Below are positions 62,781 to 64,000 of a stretch of DNA of 64,000 nucleotides, piece after piece. This stretch comes from an uncultured Chloroflexia bacterium (GTDB lineage Bacteria > Chloroflexota > Ktedonobacteria > Ktedonobacterales > JADMIN01): NCBI GenBank assembly GCA_963702665.1, contig CAVPDP010000002.1, forward strand, positions 24,704 through 88,703, read 5' to 3'. Both the position numbers and the translations under genes were made by a program. Within the stretch, counting starts at the first letter, position 1. Every line of letters starts with the position of its first letter. Under the pieces are notes generated by a model. That model did not search any database. It was not told the DNA's origin and worked only from the letters and a program-made list of their open reading frames with translations.

Positions 62781-62856
62781 AGGCGGAGATGTGGCGCGCC
62801 CGGAGGGATTCGAACCCCCGACCCTCGCATCCGAAGTGCGATGCTCTATCCACTGA
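62781..62856 (-). tRNA. tRNA-Arg (anticodon UCG)
   Basis: The minus strand is GCGCCCGTAGCTCAGTGGATAGAGCATCGCACTTCGGATGCGAGGGTCGGGGGTTCGAATCCCTCCGGGCGCGCCA. It folds into a full cloverleaf with a 7-bp acceptor stem, TTCGAAT T-loop, anticodon loop CTTCGGA and an encoded CCA. Confidence 0.93.
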
Positions 62857-62910
62857 GCTACGGGCGCATTGATGAAACTGCCTTCATGCTACCATGCGCA
62901 ATGGCGCACG

Positions 62911-63849
62911 TCAAACCCGCCGCTCCGTCTGCGATGGCATGTTCTCCACCTGGCGGTCGAGTCCAGTATCCTGCCAGGCAGCGGGATCCTCGCGCGGCTC
63001 CAGATGGGTGAAGACCGTCGTCTCTACCAGAGCCGCATGGAGCGCCATCTCGATCTCCTCACAGAGATCGTGGCCCCGCTTCACCGTCCACTCACCGGGT
63101 ACCAGCACATGCATCGAAATGAATCGGCGCGAGCCAGACCGCCGGGTACGCAACGCGTGAAACTCGATGCCATGCGCTCGATAGGTGGCCTGCACATCCG
63201 CGATGACATGTTGATCCGCCGGTGGCAGCGCCGTATCCATCAGCCCCAGCCCGCTCTCGCGCACCAGCTTCACACCAGCCCAGACGATGTTAGCCGCGAC
63301 AACCAACGCGATGATTGGGTCGATAACGAGCCAACCAGTGATGCCAACCAGCGCCACCCCAAACAACACGCCGCCGGTCGTCCACACATCGGTTATCAGG
63401 TGACGCGAATCGGCCTGTAGCGAGACCGACCGCAGCCGAGCGCCTGCCCGCCCAAGCACCAGCGCGACGCCACCATTGATCGCCGCCGCGACAACCGCAA
63501 TCACCAGGCCGAGTCCCACCTGCTCCAGTGGATGCGGATTGAGAAGACGCGGCACAGCGGTAATGGCGATGATCACCGCTGCCAGCACGATGAGCGCGCC
63601 CTCGATGCCGCTGGCGAAGTATTCCGCCTTTGAGTGCCCATAGGCATGCTCGTCATCGGCGGGCCGCGCCGCAAGCGTCAGCGCCCAGAACGCAATCAGC
63701 GCCGCAACCAGATTTACCACCGATTCGAGCGCATCGGAAAGCAGGCCAACCGAACCCGTCAGCGCATATGCGACGAATTTCAGCCCCATCGTCAGCACTG
63801 CGGCGCCTATCGAGAGCGTGATGTATGACCGCGCTGAACCGAACCGCAT
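62911..63849 (-). CDS. cation diffusion facilitator family transporter
   Basis: Start at MRFGSARS (ATG 63847-63849) after GGAGGG. Has LSDALESVVNL, DDEHAYGHSKAEY, six TM segments and a C-terminal cytoplasmic domain. Confidence 0.88.
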   Translation of the reverse strand: MRFGSARSYITLSIGAAVLTMGLKFVAYALTGSVGLLSDALESVVNLVAALIAFWALTLAARPADDEHAYGHSKAEYFASGIEGALIVLAAVIIAITAVPRLLNPHPLEQVGLGLVIAVVAAAINGGVALVLGRAGARLRSVSLQADSRHLITDVWTTGGVLFGVALVGITGWLVIDPIIALVVAANIVWAGVKLVRESGLGLMDTALPPADQHVIADVQATYRAHGIEFHALRTRRSGSRRFISMHVLVPGEWTVKRGHDLCEEIEMALHAALVETTVFTHLEPREDPAAWQDTGLDRQVENMPSQTERRV

Positions 63850-64000
63850 ACAACCCTCCGATGCGCCACAAGCACTGTGAGCAGGCAGAATGCCATGCGA
63901 GAGCCGCATATCTCGTTTCCATACGGTACCACGCTGGCAGCGTTCCAGGCACGATTGCACGACGATTGCGGGCATCGCCAGCGCCTAACCTGCGCCACGC

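Overview
GC-rich bacterial chromosomal segment (roughly two-thirds G+C by eye, not computed) carrying mostly housekeeping genes. Taxon cannot be fixed without a search; the T-box leader, futalosine-type Mqn gene and gene order suggest a Terrabacteria or Chloroflexota-like organism. Recognisable content, in order: MBL hydrolase and carboxylesterase; an rpmF-fabD-asp23-nusB-acpP cluster; class V aminotransferase plus serA; yvcK; a T-box-controlled pheS-hom-pheT operon; TrmH methyltransferase, rplT and rpmI; aldehyde dehydrogenase; dipeptide epimerase; ddl; lipoate ligase; deoB; dinB; secA; rsmD; an M23/LysM peptidase; a very large zinc-ribbon/cyclase/AAA/TPR protein followed by a DA1-like peptidase; a GntR-ABC-permease operon; a GT39 glycosyltransferase; cardiolipin synthase; an M55 peptidase with two tandem SDRs; tRNA-Arg(UCG); and a CDF transporter. 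Four things stand out. (1) A family of GC-rich, doubly hairpinned MITE/REP-like repeats occurs in at least 10 copies, concentrated between 8 and 30 kb, mostly just after stop codons. One copy is inserted in phase inside a coding sequence. (2) A decayed Prim-Pol/AAA_25 replication gene (25.1-27.5 kb) is the remnant of an integrated element, and a terminase-like fragment sits at the window start. (3) A ~73-nt two-by-two palindrome (CAGTTGTGCCC x2 / GGGCAYAACTG x2) is present three times and shows a compensatory base-pair change between copies. (4) Roughly 35 single-nucleotide frame disruptions hit conserved genes, including essential ones (secA, pheT). They are very unevenly distributed and are most simply read as consensus or assembly indels, except in the mobile-element remnant. 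No CRISPR array, rRNA or intact transposase/integrase was seen. No clear novel multi-gene defence-type system could be supported.
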